Of a DNA stretch of 64,000 bases, positions 8,503 through 19,060 are shown piece by piece. The notes under the pieces are model-generated. The model saw only the letters and a list, made by a program, of their open reading frames with translations. It did no database searches and was not told where the DNA came from. Source of the DNA: an uncultured Nitrospiraceae bacterium (lineage in GTDB: Bacteria; Nitrospirota; Thermodesulfovibrionia; Thermodesulfovibrionales; Dissulfurispiraceae); assembly GCA_963727805.1 (NCBI GenBank), contig CAVSHF010000005.1, positions 1,177,790 to 1,241,789 of the forward strand, written 5' to 3'. Positions within the stretch are counted from its first letter, which is position 1; the number at the start of each line of letters is the position of its first letter. The position numbers were made by a program, and so were the translations under genes.

Positions 8503-9916
8503 TTTTCTCCTTGTACTCTTTCGCGTTGGCGATCAATCCCCGGCCCCATTCCGGGGATCCCAGGGCATGAATATGTGTATACGTACCAAGGACATTCTTA
8601 TAGCAAATGCCGTCCCTCTTATCAGCAATACCATGGCCGCGCTTCATCTTGAAGGCCAATGAAATATCCTCCTGTGCACAAAATTCCACTACTGCTGAGT
8701 AGTGAAACTCGTGTCCGTGGAGTACCGTTCCCTGGGGATAAAAAGGGTTCGGCTCTTTCACCTCTACGACAGTGTATCCGTGGGCCTCCGGTTTTTGCCT
8801 CATTTCAAAGACCAGAGGGAAAATTCCCGCCATCGGATACCGTTGACCACCCATAACAATCGCTTTTCCAAGAAACATAAGGCCGCCGCACTCGGCATAA
8901 ATCGGAAGCCCCTTTTCGGCTGCTTCCTTCACAGCATCCCTGAATAGCGCATTTTGAGCAAGCCGCACGGCATTCGTCTCGGGAAACCCGCCACCGATAT
9001 AAAGTCCGTCAACTGACGGTAGATTCTCGCCATTAAGGGCGTTTATTTCGACGATCTCGACACCGCTCCTTTCGAGTTCTTCGAAGTTCTCGGGATAGTA
9101 GAACTGGAAAGCTGCGTCTCTGAAAACTCCTATCCTCAATCCATGACCGTCGCCCCTTGATCTGCTATTTGCTACCTTCAACTCACCTTGCATCTTGCCT
9201 GGAGCGTAAGTCACCTCAAGCGATTCCGCGGAGTTGGCGATTTCTATGATTTTCGCCATGTCGAGATATTTATCGGCAAGTGTCTCGGCGAATGATATCA
9301 CGCCCTCCGCATTATTATGTTCATAATAGGGGGTTAGTCCCATATGTCGCTCCGGCATCTCATGCTTCCTCAACCGTGGTATTGCACCCACCACCGGAAC
9401 CGGACAATACTTTTCGATCGATTCACGTATCACAGACTCGTGGCGGCTGCCGGCGAGCTGGTTGAGCACGATGCCTTTGATTTCAACACCCTTGTCAAAA
9501 TTCGTGATGCCTTGGACAACAGCCGCAGCCGTTCTTGTCATTTTAGTGCAGTCAACAATGAGTACGATCGGCGCTTTGAGAAATTTTGAGAGCTCTGCCG
9601 TACTGTACGATCCCTCTGCATCCATACCGTCAAAGAGCCCCCTGTTGCCTTCGATCACAGCTATATCGCCGGAAAAATGGGTAAGGAATGAATACATGAC
9701 CATATCTTTCGATACTAGAAAAGGATCGAGGTTGTAACAGGGATTATGCGCCGCCATTGAAAGCCACCCAGCGTCAATGTAGTCGGGCCCTTTCTTGTAG
9801 GGGATCACCTTCAGGCCGAGCCGTGACCGAAGCGAAGCAGTGATAGCAAGAGAAAGCGTCGTTTTTCCGCTGCCGCCCCTGACCCCCGCGATAACGATGC
9901 GCGGATAATCACTCAT
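8483..9916 (-). CDS. dsrN: DsrN, CbiA/CobB-like siroheme amidase
   Basis: 'GGSGKTT', 'KKGPDYID', 'IEGNRGLFDG', 'YAECGGLM', 'GHEFHYS'; inside dsr locus. Confidence 0.88.
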   Translation of the reverse strand: MSDYPRIVIAGVRGGSGKTTLSLAITASLRSRLGLKVIPYKKGPDYIDAGWLSMAAHNPCYNLDPFLVSKDMVMYSFLTHFSGDIAVIEGNRGLFDGMDAEGSYSTAELSKFLKAPIVLIVDCTKMTRTAAAVVQGITNFDKGVEIKGIVLNQLAGSRHESVIRESIEKYCPVPVVGAIPRLRKHEMPERHMGLTPYYEHNNAEGVISFAETLADKYLDMAKIIEIANSAESLEVTYAPGKMQGELKVANSRSRGDGHGLRIGVFRDAAFQFYYPENFEELERSGVEIVEINALNGENLPSVDGLYIGGGFPETNAVRLAQNALFRDAVKEAAEKGLPIYAECGGLMFLGKAIVMGGQRYPMAGIFPLVFEMRQKPEAHGYTVVEVKEPNPFYPQGTVLHGHEFHYSAVVEFCAQEDISLAFKMKRGHGIADKRDGICYKNVLGTYTHIHALGSPEWGRGLIANAKEYKEKNVETHS

Positions 9917-10116
9917 AAGCTCTTATTATACACTGAGAGATGCCTTATGTAGAGCCATCTCGAACATTTGGCAAAGTCGGTTCTGTCGAAAATTCCAGCA
10001 AGTTTGAGCTATGCTGGGGATCAAACAAGTATCTTCGATGAGGCTATAATAATAAAAACTTACTGAAGAGATCAGCACATCGGCGAAATTACGAGCGTCG
10101 TCGATTACTGCCTGAC

Positions 10117-10482
10117 CTAATTTTGCACGTACTGTATGGCAACTTCGTAGACGATCGCTGAGTGGTCGATAACCGGGCCGCCCTCACAGTGGAATTCCCC
10201 TTTTGATGTTTCCTTGCGATTGTTAATCATCGAGCTTATAATCCTCGTGAAATCAAATCCGCCCTGAACACACTCCTTGCTCAAACAATCTACCGTGAAA
10301 AAAGCATAGCTGCCTGGGAAAAAATTGACGGTCCGCGGTAACGATTGTCTTATCCCTTTTTGACTGTACATCATAGTGATGATGATGCTCTCAATATTGG
10401 GATAGATCGCCGCCACAAGGCCTGATTCAATTTTCTGCTGCTTTTTTTCTGTCCTTGCTGCATGCTTCTCTCTGTTGTTCAT
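10117..10482 (-). CDS. Hypothetical protein (CxxxxC...C motif) downstream of cold-shock gene
   Basis: 121-aa ORF with AGGAGGG RBS; 'DCLSKECVQGGFDF...FHC'. Confidence 0.6.
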   Translation of the reverse strand: MNNREKHAARTEKKQQKIESGLVAAIYPNIESIIITMMYSQKGIRQSLPRTVNFFPGSYAFFTVDCLSKECVQGGFDFTRIISSMINNRKETSKGEFHCEGGPVIDHSAIVYEVAIQYVQN

Positions 10483-10535
10483 GTCCCTCCTAAATGAAAA
10501 GGCCCCCTCTACCGGGAAGGAGCCTTCTCCGGTTA

Positions 10536-10736
10536 CTACAGCTTGACGACGTTTATCGCCTTCGGACCTTTTGGGCCCTTTTCTGTATCAAAGCTGACCT
10601 TGTCGCCTTCGGCAAGGCTCTTAAAGCCATTGCCCTGAATTGACGTATGGTGGACAAATGCATCAATTCCATCTTCACCAGTAATAAAGCCAAACCCTTT
10701 GCTGTCGTTGAACCACTTCACTGTTCCCTGTGCCAT
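10536..10736 (-). CDS. cspA: Cold-shock protein (CspA family)
   Basis: '[15 protein letters not shown]', 'AFVHHTSI' RNP motifs. Confidence 0.95.
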   Translation of the reverse strand: MAQGTVKWFNDSKGFGFITGEDGIDAFVHHTSIQGNGFKSLAEGDKVSFDTEKGPKGPKAINVVKL

Positions 10737-10853
10737 TTCTTATTCCTCCTTAATCTGTAAAATCAAACCTAAAAGGATTTAAAAAAAGAGGCCACAAAGC
10801 TCAAAGTCTTTGTGGCCTTTTACGAACGCAAATACCTTTAAAGTTCTATTTTA

Positions 10854-10882
10854 AGAATAACATATCCGTTGGAGTACGTCAA
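10854..10882 (-). promoter_or_regulatory. Sigma70-type promoter of cold-shock gene
   Basis: TTGACG-N17-TATTCT with extended TG. Confidence 0.6.
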
Positions 10883-11162
10883 TGGGAATTGGAAGGACCA
10901 CGTAGAGTTGCTTTGCACGTATCAATCAAACGGTTTCTCTCACACTGTAATTTCTTCGCATTGCAGAAATTCATTCTCAGTTCTTTGCTTACAATTAATC
11001 ATCTGCCATGACAAAGACAAGAATTATGCTTAGTTGCTTCTTTAGCGTCATATGCTCGTCAAAGATGTAGCACATGACTCCGTTACTAGCACATTTCGGC
11101 AGTCTTACTTTTTTGTTTAACCACTTTAATATTTTCTTACATTAGTGCAGGATTCCACATAT

Positions 11163-11199
11163 AAAAAAAGCGGACAGCGCCTCAGGCGCAATCCGCTTT
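11163..11199 (-). terminator. Intrinsic terminator after dsrD
   Basis: AAAGCGGATTGCGCCTGAGGCGCTGTCCGCTTTTTTT on minus strand. Confidence 0.8.
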
Positions 11200-11220
11200 C
11201 TCTTCTTTTCTATATAAAGA

Positions 11221-11436
11221 CTATGCTTTCGGGGGAAGTTCGACGTAGCTGCCGCCGAAATAGGTGTATATAAGCTTACCTTCATCCATGAGTTCTTTTA
11301 GTGCCTCCTTGATCTCATCGTCGGCTAATCCCTCGGCCCTGAAGGTCTTTTTAATGTCGCCCGCCTTGAGTTTCTTTTTACCCGTGGATTTCTCCACTAG
11401 CTCGTATATTTTCTGCACAAGCTCTGCTTTTTCCAT
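11221..11436 (-). CDS. dsrD: DsrD
   Basis: Small basic winged-helix-like protein directly after dsrB; 'KKKLKAGD', 'LIYTYFGGSYVELP'; ATG 11436 with AAAGGGG RBS. Confidence 0.85.
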   Translation of the reverse strand: MEKAELVQKIYELVEKSTGKKKLKAGDIKKTFRAEGLADDEIKEALKELMDEGKLIYTYFGGSYVELPPKA

Positions 11437-11465
11437 TGTCACACCCCTTTCGTTCAGCATTTTAT

Positions 11466-11495
11466 AAGAAGGGAGTCTATTCAGACTCCCTTCTT
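11466..11495. other. Stem-loop between dsrB and dsrD
   Basis: AAGAAGGGAGTC-TATTCA-GACTCCCTTCTT, 12-bp perfect stem. Confidence 0.7.
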
Positions 11496-11507
11496 TATGC
11501 TGTCATT

Positions 11508-12593
11508 TTACCATTTAAACGCTGCTGATGTCCTGAAGGTTTCCCTTGCGATAGTGAAGTCGTCGATGTGCTGGAAAGTGAAGGGGAATCCGGTGATTTT
11601 GAAGAATTGCTCCCAGCCGATCCTCTCGATCCACTCGCCGACTCTCTCATGCTTCCGCGCGCCTGCGTTATAGGTTTCTAGAATCTTCCTTATAGCGTCA
11701 GTGACTTCGGGCCATCTCGGCGGGTTGTTCGGGATGTAAGGAACAACGAGTTTCGAGAACTTTGGATCGCTCCTCAGACTTCCTACCTTGCCGCCGACGA
11801 CGATAGCGACGCCGTCATCTTCCGGATCGGAGATCGGGAGTGCAGGGCAAACCGAGTAGCAGTTACCACAGTACATGCACTTGTCGTTATTGATCTTGAT
11901 GCTCTTCTTCGCCGGATCAGGACTGATGGCACCTGTCGGGCAGCAGGCGATGGTCGAGGGGACTTCGCACATATTCTTGATGTTTTCATGCTCGATCCGA
12001 GGGACCCTTCTGTGAATCGCGACAATTGCGATATCCGAACAGTGGACCGCACCGCACATGTTCGTGCAGCAGGCGACTGCCAGCCTGACTTTACCGGGGG
12101 TCGTCTTTTCGTTGAAGTATTCTGCCAAATCATCCATTATGACCTTTACAAGGCCCGAAGCATCGGTACATGCGCTGTGGCAATGGATCCATCCCTGGGT
12201 ATGGACGATATTGGTAATGTGATAGCCGGCAAGGCTGTCGCCCAGACCGCCGACCAGGTATTTCTTCGCCTTCAGCTCAGCGATGAGCGGCTGGACGTTC
12301 TTCTCGTCGGAAACGAGGAACTCGATGTTGTTCCTTGTGGTAAACCTGAGATAGCCGCCACAGTACTTCTCAGCGATGTCGGCGATCTCCCTGATGGTAT
12401 CAGTGGCCAAGAGCCTCGGTGAGGCAACCCTCACAGTCCATATCTTGTCGCCGCTGTTGGCCACGTGGACCATGGTACCGCCGGTCAGGATCTCATGATG
12501 CGCCCAGTCTCCGTAATTCTTCTGGATGACGGGAGGAAGAAAATCTTTGTAATGGGGTGGTCCTATATCGGTTCTTCTTTGTGGTGCTGCCAT
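11508..12593 (-). CDS. dsrB: Dissimilatory sulfite reductase beta subunit
   Basis: '[10 protein letters not shown]', '[11 protein letters not shown]', '[14 protein letters not shown]', 'CMYCGNC'. Confidence 0.98.
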   Translation of the reverse strand: MAAPQRRTDIGPPHYKDFLPPVIQKNYGDWAHHEILTGGTMVHVANSGDKIWTVRVASPRLLATDTIREIADIAEKYCGGYLRFTTRNNIEFLVSDEKNVQPLIAELKAKKYLVGGLGDSLAGYHITNIVHTQGWIHCHSACTDASGLVKVIMDDLAEYFNEKTTPGKVRLAVACCTNMCGAVHCSDIAIVAIHRRVPRIEHENIKNMCEVPSTIACCPTGAISPDPAKKSIKINNDKCMYCGNCYSVCPALPISDPEDDGVAIVVGGKVGSLRSDPKFSKLVVPYIPNNPPRWPEVTDAIRKILETYNAGARKHERVGEWIERIGWEQFFKITGFPFTFQHIDDFTIARETFRTSAAFKW

Positions 12594-12624
12594 AGTAGTC
12601 CTCCTGTATAATATTTTTTAATGA

Positions 12625-13809
12625 CTATTTAGCAAGATCTTCCTCGGTCCAGAACCAGAACGGATCTCTTCTGGGCTCATACACTTGCTGCGCGATCGGC
12701 TTGACACCGATATATTCGAGGAACTCCCTCATACCGCGGCGGATAATGAGCTCGCCGATCCTCTCTCTGTTCTTTCCGTGTTCATCCCACCACTCCCACA
12801 TCTTCCTGATAAGATCGAAGAACTCGGTGTAAGGGGCCTCCATCTTTATGAAGGGAATAATGACATGGGAAAGGGTCGCACCGATGACAAAAGGCGCCTT
12901 GCTGCCGATAAGAATCGTGGCTCCCTTTTCGCCTGTAGCTTTCAGGGCCTTGCCCATCTTTGAGATACAATGCATGCAGCGCGAGCAGTTTGCATCGTCG
13001 ATCTTTAGGGCCTTACCGTCATAAGAGATACAGCCGGTGGGGCACATATCAACAATCTCGGACTTGATATTCATACCCTTGCCTTCATACCATTTCACTT
13101 GAGACTGGTCAACAGCGATGGTGCCTTTCCAGGTACCTATGATTGAGCAGTCTGCGCGGGCTATGGAAGCGATACAGTCGCAGGCACATCCTGCGGTCTT
13201 GAATTTGAACTTATAGGGGAATGCAGGTCTGTGCATCTCATCCTGGAATTCCTGGGTGATAGCATAGGTAATAGCCATGGTGTCAATATTCGACCATTCG
13301 CATCTTGCTGCGCCGACGCAGCAGCTCGGGGTCCTCAAAGCAGAACCGGAGCCGCCGAGGTCCCAACCGCGGGACGAGAATTCAGCAAAGATAGGCTCGA
13401 GGTTCTCTGATACGGTGCCGAGGAGCACCATGTCTCCGGTAGAACCGTGCATGTTCGTAAGACCGCTGCCGTATTTGTCCCAGATGTCGCAGACAGTCCG
13501 GAGGTCAGAAGATTTGTAGAAATAGCCTGATACTGAGTTAATTCTGACAGTATGGAAGTGGGCTACATGCGGAAATTCCGCAGGGACATCAGAATACCTT
13601 CCGATAACACCGCCTCCGTACCCCCTGACACCGACGATTCCGCCATGTTTCCAATGTGTCTTTTTTTCACGGTAACACTTTTCGAGCACTCCGAGCTCAT
13701 CGGAAGCCATGTCGCTCTTTGCCGCCGCTTTCTTGATCTCGGTGACAAAGCTCGGGAATGGGCCTTTCTCCAGCTCATCCAGCAATGGAGTATCATACTT
13801 CTTGGGCAT
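12625..13809 (-). CDS. dsrA: Dissimilatory sulfite reductase alpha subunit
   Basis: 'THWKHGGIVGVRGYGGGVIGRY', 'LTNMHGSTGD', 'HRPAFPYKFKFK', 'NRERIGE'. Confidence 0.98.
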   Translation of the reverse strand: MPKKYDTPLLDELEKGPFPSFVTEIKKAAAKSDMASDELGVLEKCYREKKTHWKHGGIVGVRGYGGGVIGRYSDVPAEFPHVAHFHTVRINSVSGYFYKSSDLRTVCDIWDKYGSGLTNMHGSTGDMVLLGTVSENLEPIFAEFSSRGWDLGGSGSALRTPSCCVGAARCEWSNIDTMAITYAITQEFQDEMHRPAFPYKFKFKTAGCACDCIASIARADCSIIGTWKGTIAVDQSQVKWYEGKGMNIKSEIVDMCPTGCISYDGKALKIDDANCSRCMHCISKMGKALKATGEKGATILIGSKAPFVIGATLSHVIIPFIKMEAPYTEFFDLIRKMWEWWDEHGKNRERIGELIIRRGMREFLEYIGVKPIAQQVYEPRRDPFWFWTEEDLAK

Positions 13810-13889
13810 AAATTCCTCCTCTTTATTTGTTTTTACTACCTATTCCGACAAATGGAGACACTGGTGCCTCCCTAAAATGCTCTACAGGT

Positions 13890-13921
13890 TAATATAGGGA
13901 AAAGTTGGCCGTCAAATTAAA
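13890..13921 (-). promoter_or_regulatory. Putative dsrAB promoter, motif shared with dsrC
   Basis: Minus strand TTTAATTTGAC-N13-CTATATTA. Confidence 0.55.
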
Positions 13922-14004
13922 AAATCTTATTTATACATTATCATTTCTTTACGCGCATTCAAAACTTGACCCCTTCCTGTCCCAGAAAGTACAATTAATG
14001 TCGT

Positions 14005-17000
14005 ATGAAAATTAAAGAGATCGATCTCATCGGTTTCAAATCCTTCGGGGACAGAACAGCCCTGCACCTTCACGATGGCATTACCTGTATCGTGGGGCCT
14101 AACGGCTGCGGTAAAAGCAACGTCGTTGACGCCTTTAGGTGGGTCCTGGGCGAGCAGAGTGCCAAGAGCCTCAGGGGCGAAAAGATGGAAGAGGTCATCT
14201 TCCAGGGTTCGGCGACCAAGAAGTCGAAAGGCATGGCGGAGGTGCGTCTGGTCATTTCCACCGCGATGCCGACACTCAGGGAGGGTCCCCCAAAAGAAGG
14301 GGGCAATGGCGAGACCTCCGATGATTCCACGTATGATAAGATCGAGGTCGCGAGAAGGCTTTACCGCTCGGGTGAGAGCGAGTATATCCTAAACAAGCGT
14401 TCTTGCAGGCTAAAAGATATCAAAGACCTGTTCCTCGATACCGGCCTTGATGTAAAAAGCTATTCAATCCTCGACCAGGGGAGAATGACTGAAATCCTGA
14501 ATACTAAACCCGTCGAGCGGCGATTCCTGATCGAAGAAGTTGCCGGGGTCATGAAATATAAGGTAAGAAAGGCCGAGGCCATCTCGAAGCTGAGTTCATC
14601 CAAGGAAAATCTCCAGCGGATAAACGATATAACAACTGAGGTCAGACGCCAGATAAACAGTCTCGACCGGCTTGTAAAAAAAGCTGAGCGGTATAAGAGG
14701 CTGCTGAATGAGTTTAAAGAACTTGACCTCAGGATAGCCAAAAGGGAGCACATACGGCTCAAAAGCACGATTGACGCGTTGAATGCAGAGATCGAGCGTC
14801 TGCGACAAGCTCTCTCTGCCAGGAGATCTGAATTTTCGACCCTTGAAACAGGCATCGCAACAAAGAGAATCGAGATCCTCGAGAAAGAAAAGGTCCTCAC
14901 CGGACTCGAAAACAGCCTGAACGAAAAGGCGAAGTCGATTGCAGAACTCGAAAAAGAATCCGCCGTTCTGAAAAATATCATTGAAAATAAGAAGGACGAC
15001 ATTTCCCGCCTCTATAATCAAATACTTGAAATGGATTCAAAGAAAGAGGAACTCTTCGCTAAGATTTCGGAACTCGATGGGGCTGAAAAATCTCTCCTTA
15101 CCAAAATAGATGAGATTACCGAGGGGCTTAAAGAAAAGAAGGACTGGGCCTCCGGCATCGAGGTCTCAATAGGCGAAAAGGAAGAGGAACTCGAAAACAG
15201 ACGAAAAGAGCTTTTCATGCTCTCCGATACCCTGAGCAGCAGGCGGAACGACCTCCACAAACTCCAATCATCCCTCGAGACATTGAACTACCGCGAATCA
15301 GCATCGCTGCGGGATAAGGAAGGTATCAGCAAGAGTCTCGATGAGAGCGTCAGGAGGATCGCCGAATTGAGCGGTGAGATCGAAGGCAGGAAGAGCGAGA
15401 TAGCAGGACTCCACGAAGAGAAAGAGGAGTTGAATGTAAGAATCTCCAGTCTGCGTGAGGAGATCGAAAACAAGAAGATACTCCTCTCGAAGGAAAAAGA
15501 AGAGCTTGCCGGAAATCTCTCGCGTCTCGAGTCCCTCAAGGAGCTAATCATCGACAAGTCTCTCTACGAATTCCTGGCCGAATCAGAAGAGAGCAAGCAC
15601 CTTTCTCCTGCTATCCTATCTAATATCATAAGTGCTGGAAAGGATTATGAAGTGGCTGTCGAAGCCGCACTTTCGGAGAAGATCAACTCGCTCATTATTG
15701 ATAAAGTCAATGATGTCTTTGCAGCGATTACCATAATAAAGGAAAAGGGGCTAGGAAAGACATCCATTCTCTATACGGACCTCTGCTGGATGCCCTCGGA
15801 TGCCAGCGGGACTCTATCACCTGCCGCTCCGGCTGTCATAGGCAGGGCGTCCGACTTCATCAGCTTCGAGAGTGCGGAGGCCCAAGCCATAGCATGTTCT
15901 GTCCTGAAAAACGTCTTTATCGTCAATGACCTTTCGTCTGCCCTCGAACTAAGGAAAGATGCCCAGTATCACGACCTTTCCTTTGTGACTCTTGCCGGTG
16001 AATTGATTACGGCCGACGGGTTTATCGCTGCAGGCAAGGGCAAAGAGATACTCAAGAGGAAAAGAGAGATCAGGGAACTGCAGCGGGAGATCGACAACCG
16101 TCAGTCGCAGATTGGAAAGATAGAGGAAGATATCCTTGCCACTACCGATGCCCTTACCTTCAAGAAAGAGGAACTACGGACAATCGAGAACGCCGTCATT
16201 GAGCTTGAAAAAGAGATTTCGCTTTCAAGGCATTCCCTGCAGGGTAAAAACGAGGAGATTGAGAGAATGAAGAGGAGGCTCTCATTCCTCGAAACAGAGC
16301 TTGCCACGATAGACGGGGAAAAAGAATCGCTACATGCCGTCATCAGCACAAAAGCTGCGGAAATAGCCGCTCTCGATAACGAAAGAGATGTTCTTAATGA
16401 TAAGATTTCAGACCTCCAGGAATCATTGTCCATCGTCAGGGGTGAATATGATACTGAAAGGTCCCACCTCTCCGAAATGAAGACTTCCCTCGCTGCCTAT
16501 CGTGAGAAGCTCGAAGCGCTGAAAAAAGAGCGGTCAACGATTGCAGACACGATTGAAGAACTTGATGTGAAGAATGCCGCTGCGAGAGAAGATATTAAGA
16601 CCGCCGAGGAAAAGATTGCCTCCTCGTTTGACGAGACTCAGAAGATCGAAGAGGCGGTCAAGGCACTCGTCACAGAGGCCGGAGCGATAGAAAAAGAGCG
16701 TTCAGAAAAGCGAGAGGTTATTAATTCCGAAAACATCGAACTGGTCGCCAAGGACGAGATGCTCAAAGGGTTCCGGGCTATTATCGATGACCTTACCCAG
16801 GAGCTTGCCGACAACAATACGAAATTTGCCGAAAACAAGGTGAGGCTCGAAAACATCGAGACAAGCATGGTGCAAAAATATAGCATCGATGTCCAGGCAG
16901 CAGAGATAACTGTCGAAGGCTTTGATCCCGAAGAAGACGAGCAAAAGATGCTCGAGTTGAACGGTACCATCCAGGCGATGGGTCCCGTCAATATCGGTGC

Positions 17001-17595
17001 CATCGAGGAATACGAAGAACTGAAGACCCGTTACGATTTTCTCTCAAAGCAGCAGCAGGACCTCACACTTTCAATCGCCGAACTGGAAGAGGCAATCACC
17101 CGCATAAATGCTACCACGAGGAAAAAACTTCGCGAGGCCTATGATGCGCTCAGAGGAAAATTTCAAGAGGTCTTCACCGTCCTCTTTGGCGGAGGAAGAG
17201 CCGATATCATCCTGACCGATGATGAAAATATACTTGAATCAGGACTCGATATCATCGCTCAGCCGCCGGGCAAGAAGCTCCAGAATATCAACCTGCTCTC
17301 GGGCGGTGAAAAGGCGCTGACATCTCTCTCGCTTCTCTTTGCGGGCTTCCTGATAAAGCCTTCTCCATTATGCATACTCGATGAGGCCGATGCCCCCCTC
17401 GATGAGTCTAATACCGTCAGATTCGCCCGGATGATCAAGGATCTCGCGGGTGATACACAGTTTCTGGTCATCACTCACAACCGCGCCACCATGGAGGCAG
17501 CCGATTATTTATACGGCATAACTATGGAAGAGCCTGGCGTCTCAAAAGCCATCTCCCTCCGATTCAGCGAAGCCGAAAACAGCGCTATTGTATAA
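14005..17595 (+). CDS. smc: Chromosome segregation protein SMC
   Basis: Walker A 'GPNGCGKSN', long coiled coils with hinge, 'LSGGEKAL', 'ILDEADAPLD'. Confidence 0.96.
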   Translation: MKIKEIDLIGFKSFGDRTALHLHDGITCIVGPNGCGKSNVVDAFRWVLGEQSAKSLRGEKMEEVIFQGSATKKSKGMAEVRLVISTAMPTLREGPPKEGGNGETSDDSTYDKIEVARRLYRSGESEYILNKRSCRLKDIKDLFLDTGLDVKSYSILDQGRMTEILNTKPVERRFLIEEVAGVMKYKVRKAEAISKLSSSKENLQRINDITTEVRRQINSLDRLVKKAERYKRLLNEFKELDLRIAKREHIRLKSTIDALNAEIERLRQALSARRSEFSTLETGIATKRIEILEKEKVLTGLENSLNEKAKSIAELEKESAVLKNIIENKKDDISRLYNQILEMDSKKEELFAKISELDGAEKSLLTKIDEITEGLKEKKDWASGIEVSIGEKEEELENRRKELFMLSDTLSSRRNDLHKLQSSLETLNYRESASLRDKEGISKSLDESVRRIAELSGEIEGRKSEIAGLHEEKEELNVRISSLREEIENKKILLSKEKEELAGNLSRLESLKELIIDKSLYEFLAESEESKHLSPAILSNIISAGKDYEVAVEAALSEKINSLIIDKVNDVFAAITIIKEKGLGKTSILYTDLCWMPSDASGTLSPAAPAVIGRASDFISFESAEAQAIACSVLKNVFIVNDLSSALELRKDAQYHDLSFVTLAGELITADGFIAAGKGKEILKRKREIRELQREIDNRQSQIGKIEEDILATTDALTFKKEELRTIENAVIELEKEISLSRHSLQGKNEEIERMKRRLSFLETELATIDGEKESLHAVISTKAAEIAALDNERDVLNDKISDLQESLSIVRGEYDTERSHLSEMKTSLAAYREKLEALKKERSTIADTIEELDVKNAAAREDIKTAEEKIASSFDETQKIEEAVKALVTEAGAIEKERSEKREVINSENIELVAKDEMLKGFRAIIDDLTQELADNNTKFAENKVRLENIETSMVQKYSIDVQAAEITVEGFDPEEDEQKMLELNGTIQAMGPVNIGAIEEYEELKTRYDFLSKQQQDLTLSIAELEEAITRINATTRKKLREAYDALRGKFQEVFTVLFGGGRADIILTDDENILESGLDIIAQPPGKKLQNINLLSGGEKALTSLSLLFAGFLIKPSPLCILDEADAPLDESNTVRFARMIKDLAGDTQFLVITHNRATMEAADYLYGITMEEPGVSKAISLRFSEAENSAIV

Positions 17596-17700
17596 TTTGA
17601 TGGGTCATTTGGTGCGGACACACGACTAAGCTGTTGAGGGCATCTGTCCACACCGATCGGGTATTTTACAGAATCTCGCGGCAACAATTATAATTCATAT

Positions 17701-19059
17701 ATGAAAACTGCGTCACATATATCTGGAGTAGAGATATCCAGCGAATACGAAGACCTTATTTGTTACGGCTTCGACGCCTCCATCGTGGACGAAGGGCTGC
17801 CGCACGCAGTTGCTTGGCCTAAAAACGCAGAGGATGTCATCAAAATAGTTCACTATGCCGCTGCACAGGACCTTAAGATAATTCCACGGGGTGCAGGAAC
17901 AGGCATGGCGGGTGCGACGGTGCCGAATCGTGAAGATTCGATAGTCCTCAGTTTCGAGAAGATGAGAAAGATCATAGAGATCGATACAAATAACATGACC
18001 GCCGTTGTCGAACCAGGGACCGTCAATGGACGACTCCAGAGGGAACTGGAGCACCTTGGTTTCTTTTATCCTCCCGACCCATCCAGCCTCAGCGTCTGCA
18101 CCATCGGGGGCAACGTCGCCACGAATGCCGGCGGCCCACGGGCCATCAAATATGGCGTTACGCGTGATTATGTGCTCGAACTCGAAGCGGTCCTGCCCGA
18201 CGGGAGCCTAGTCACCCTTGGTGGTAGAACCTACAAGCGAGTGGTCGGCTATGAACTTAAACATCTTCTCATCGGGGCTGAGGGAACACTTGCCATTATT
18301 ACAAAAATACGGCTGAAGATCCTACCCCAACCTGAGGATATAGTTACGCTACTCGTCAAGTTCAATGATATGGCCGCTGCCGGCGAAGCAGTATCAAAAA
18401 TCATTATCTCCCGTATCATTCCGAGAACCTTGGAATTTCTCGATAGCTCAGCGATTAGAGTCATTGAACAATACAAACCCACTGGACTCCCAGCGGACGT
18501 GGAAGCACTGCTGCTTGTAGAACTCGATGGCCATACCGCAACTATACAGAAAGAGGCTGAAAAGGTCATCGCTATCTGCCGAGACTTGGGAGGAGAGACT
18601 GCAGTGGCCGCTGACAGGCTCGCGCGCGACAAGCTTTGGGATGCACGCAGGTCGATTTCCCCGGCACTCTACCATCTCAAGCCAAACAAGATCAACGAAG
18701 ATATCGTTGTGCCTCGAGATAAAATCCCTCTCGTCCTGACAAAGATTCGCCAATTCTCCGAGGAAAGCGGAATCATCATAGTGAGCTTCGGCCATGCGGG
18801 GGACGGTAATATACATGTGAATGTCATGGCTGATAAAAATAATACAGAGGAATATTCAAAGGGGCTCGCCATTATAAAAAAGATATTCGAACTGACCCTT
18901 TCGGTGGGCGGCTCGCTCTCGGGAGAACATGGTATCGGGCTTGCGAAACTACCTTACATCAATATGGAAATCAAAGAGCGAGAAATGAAGCTCATGAGAG
19001 ATGTCAAACGATTGATCGATCCGAAGAATATGATGAACCCGGGAAAGATATTTCTCTAA
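17701..19059 (+). CDS. FAD-linked oxidase, GlcD/D-lactate dehydrogenase family
   Basis: 'PRGAGTG', 'YPPDPSS...TIGGNVATNAGG', 'GHAGDGNIH', 'SGEHGIG', 'MNPGKIF'. Confidence 0.9.
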   Translation: MKTASHISGVEISSEYEDLICYGFDASIVDEGLPHAVAWPKNAEDVIKIVHYAAAQDLKIIPRGAGTGMAGATVPNREDSIVLSFEKMRKIIEIDTNNMTAVVEPGTVNGRLQRELEHLGFFYPPDPSSLSVCTIGGNVATNAGGPRAIKYGVTRDYVLELEAVLPDGSLVTLGGRTYKRVVGYELKHLLIGAEGTLAIITKIRLKILPQPEDIVTLLVKFNDMAAAGEAVSKIIISRIIPRTLEFLDSSAIRVIEQYKPTGLPADVEALLLVELDGHTATIQKEAEKVIAICRDLGGETAVAADRLARDKLWDARRSISPALYHLKPNKINEDIVVPRDKIPLVLTKIRQFSEESGIIIVSFGHAGDGNIHVNVMADKNNTEEYSKGLAIIKKIFELTLSVGGSLSGEHGIGLAKLPYINMEIKEREMKLMRDVKRLIDPKNMMNPGKIFL

Positions 19060-19060
19060 C

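Noticed and set aside
8483..9916. Cobalamin-pathway cbiA/cobB
   Set aside because: No other cob/cbi genes are nearby; its position in the dsr locus indicates dsrN.
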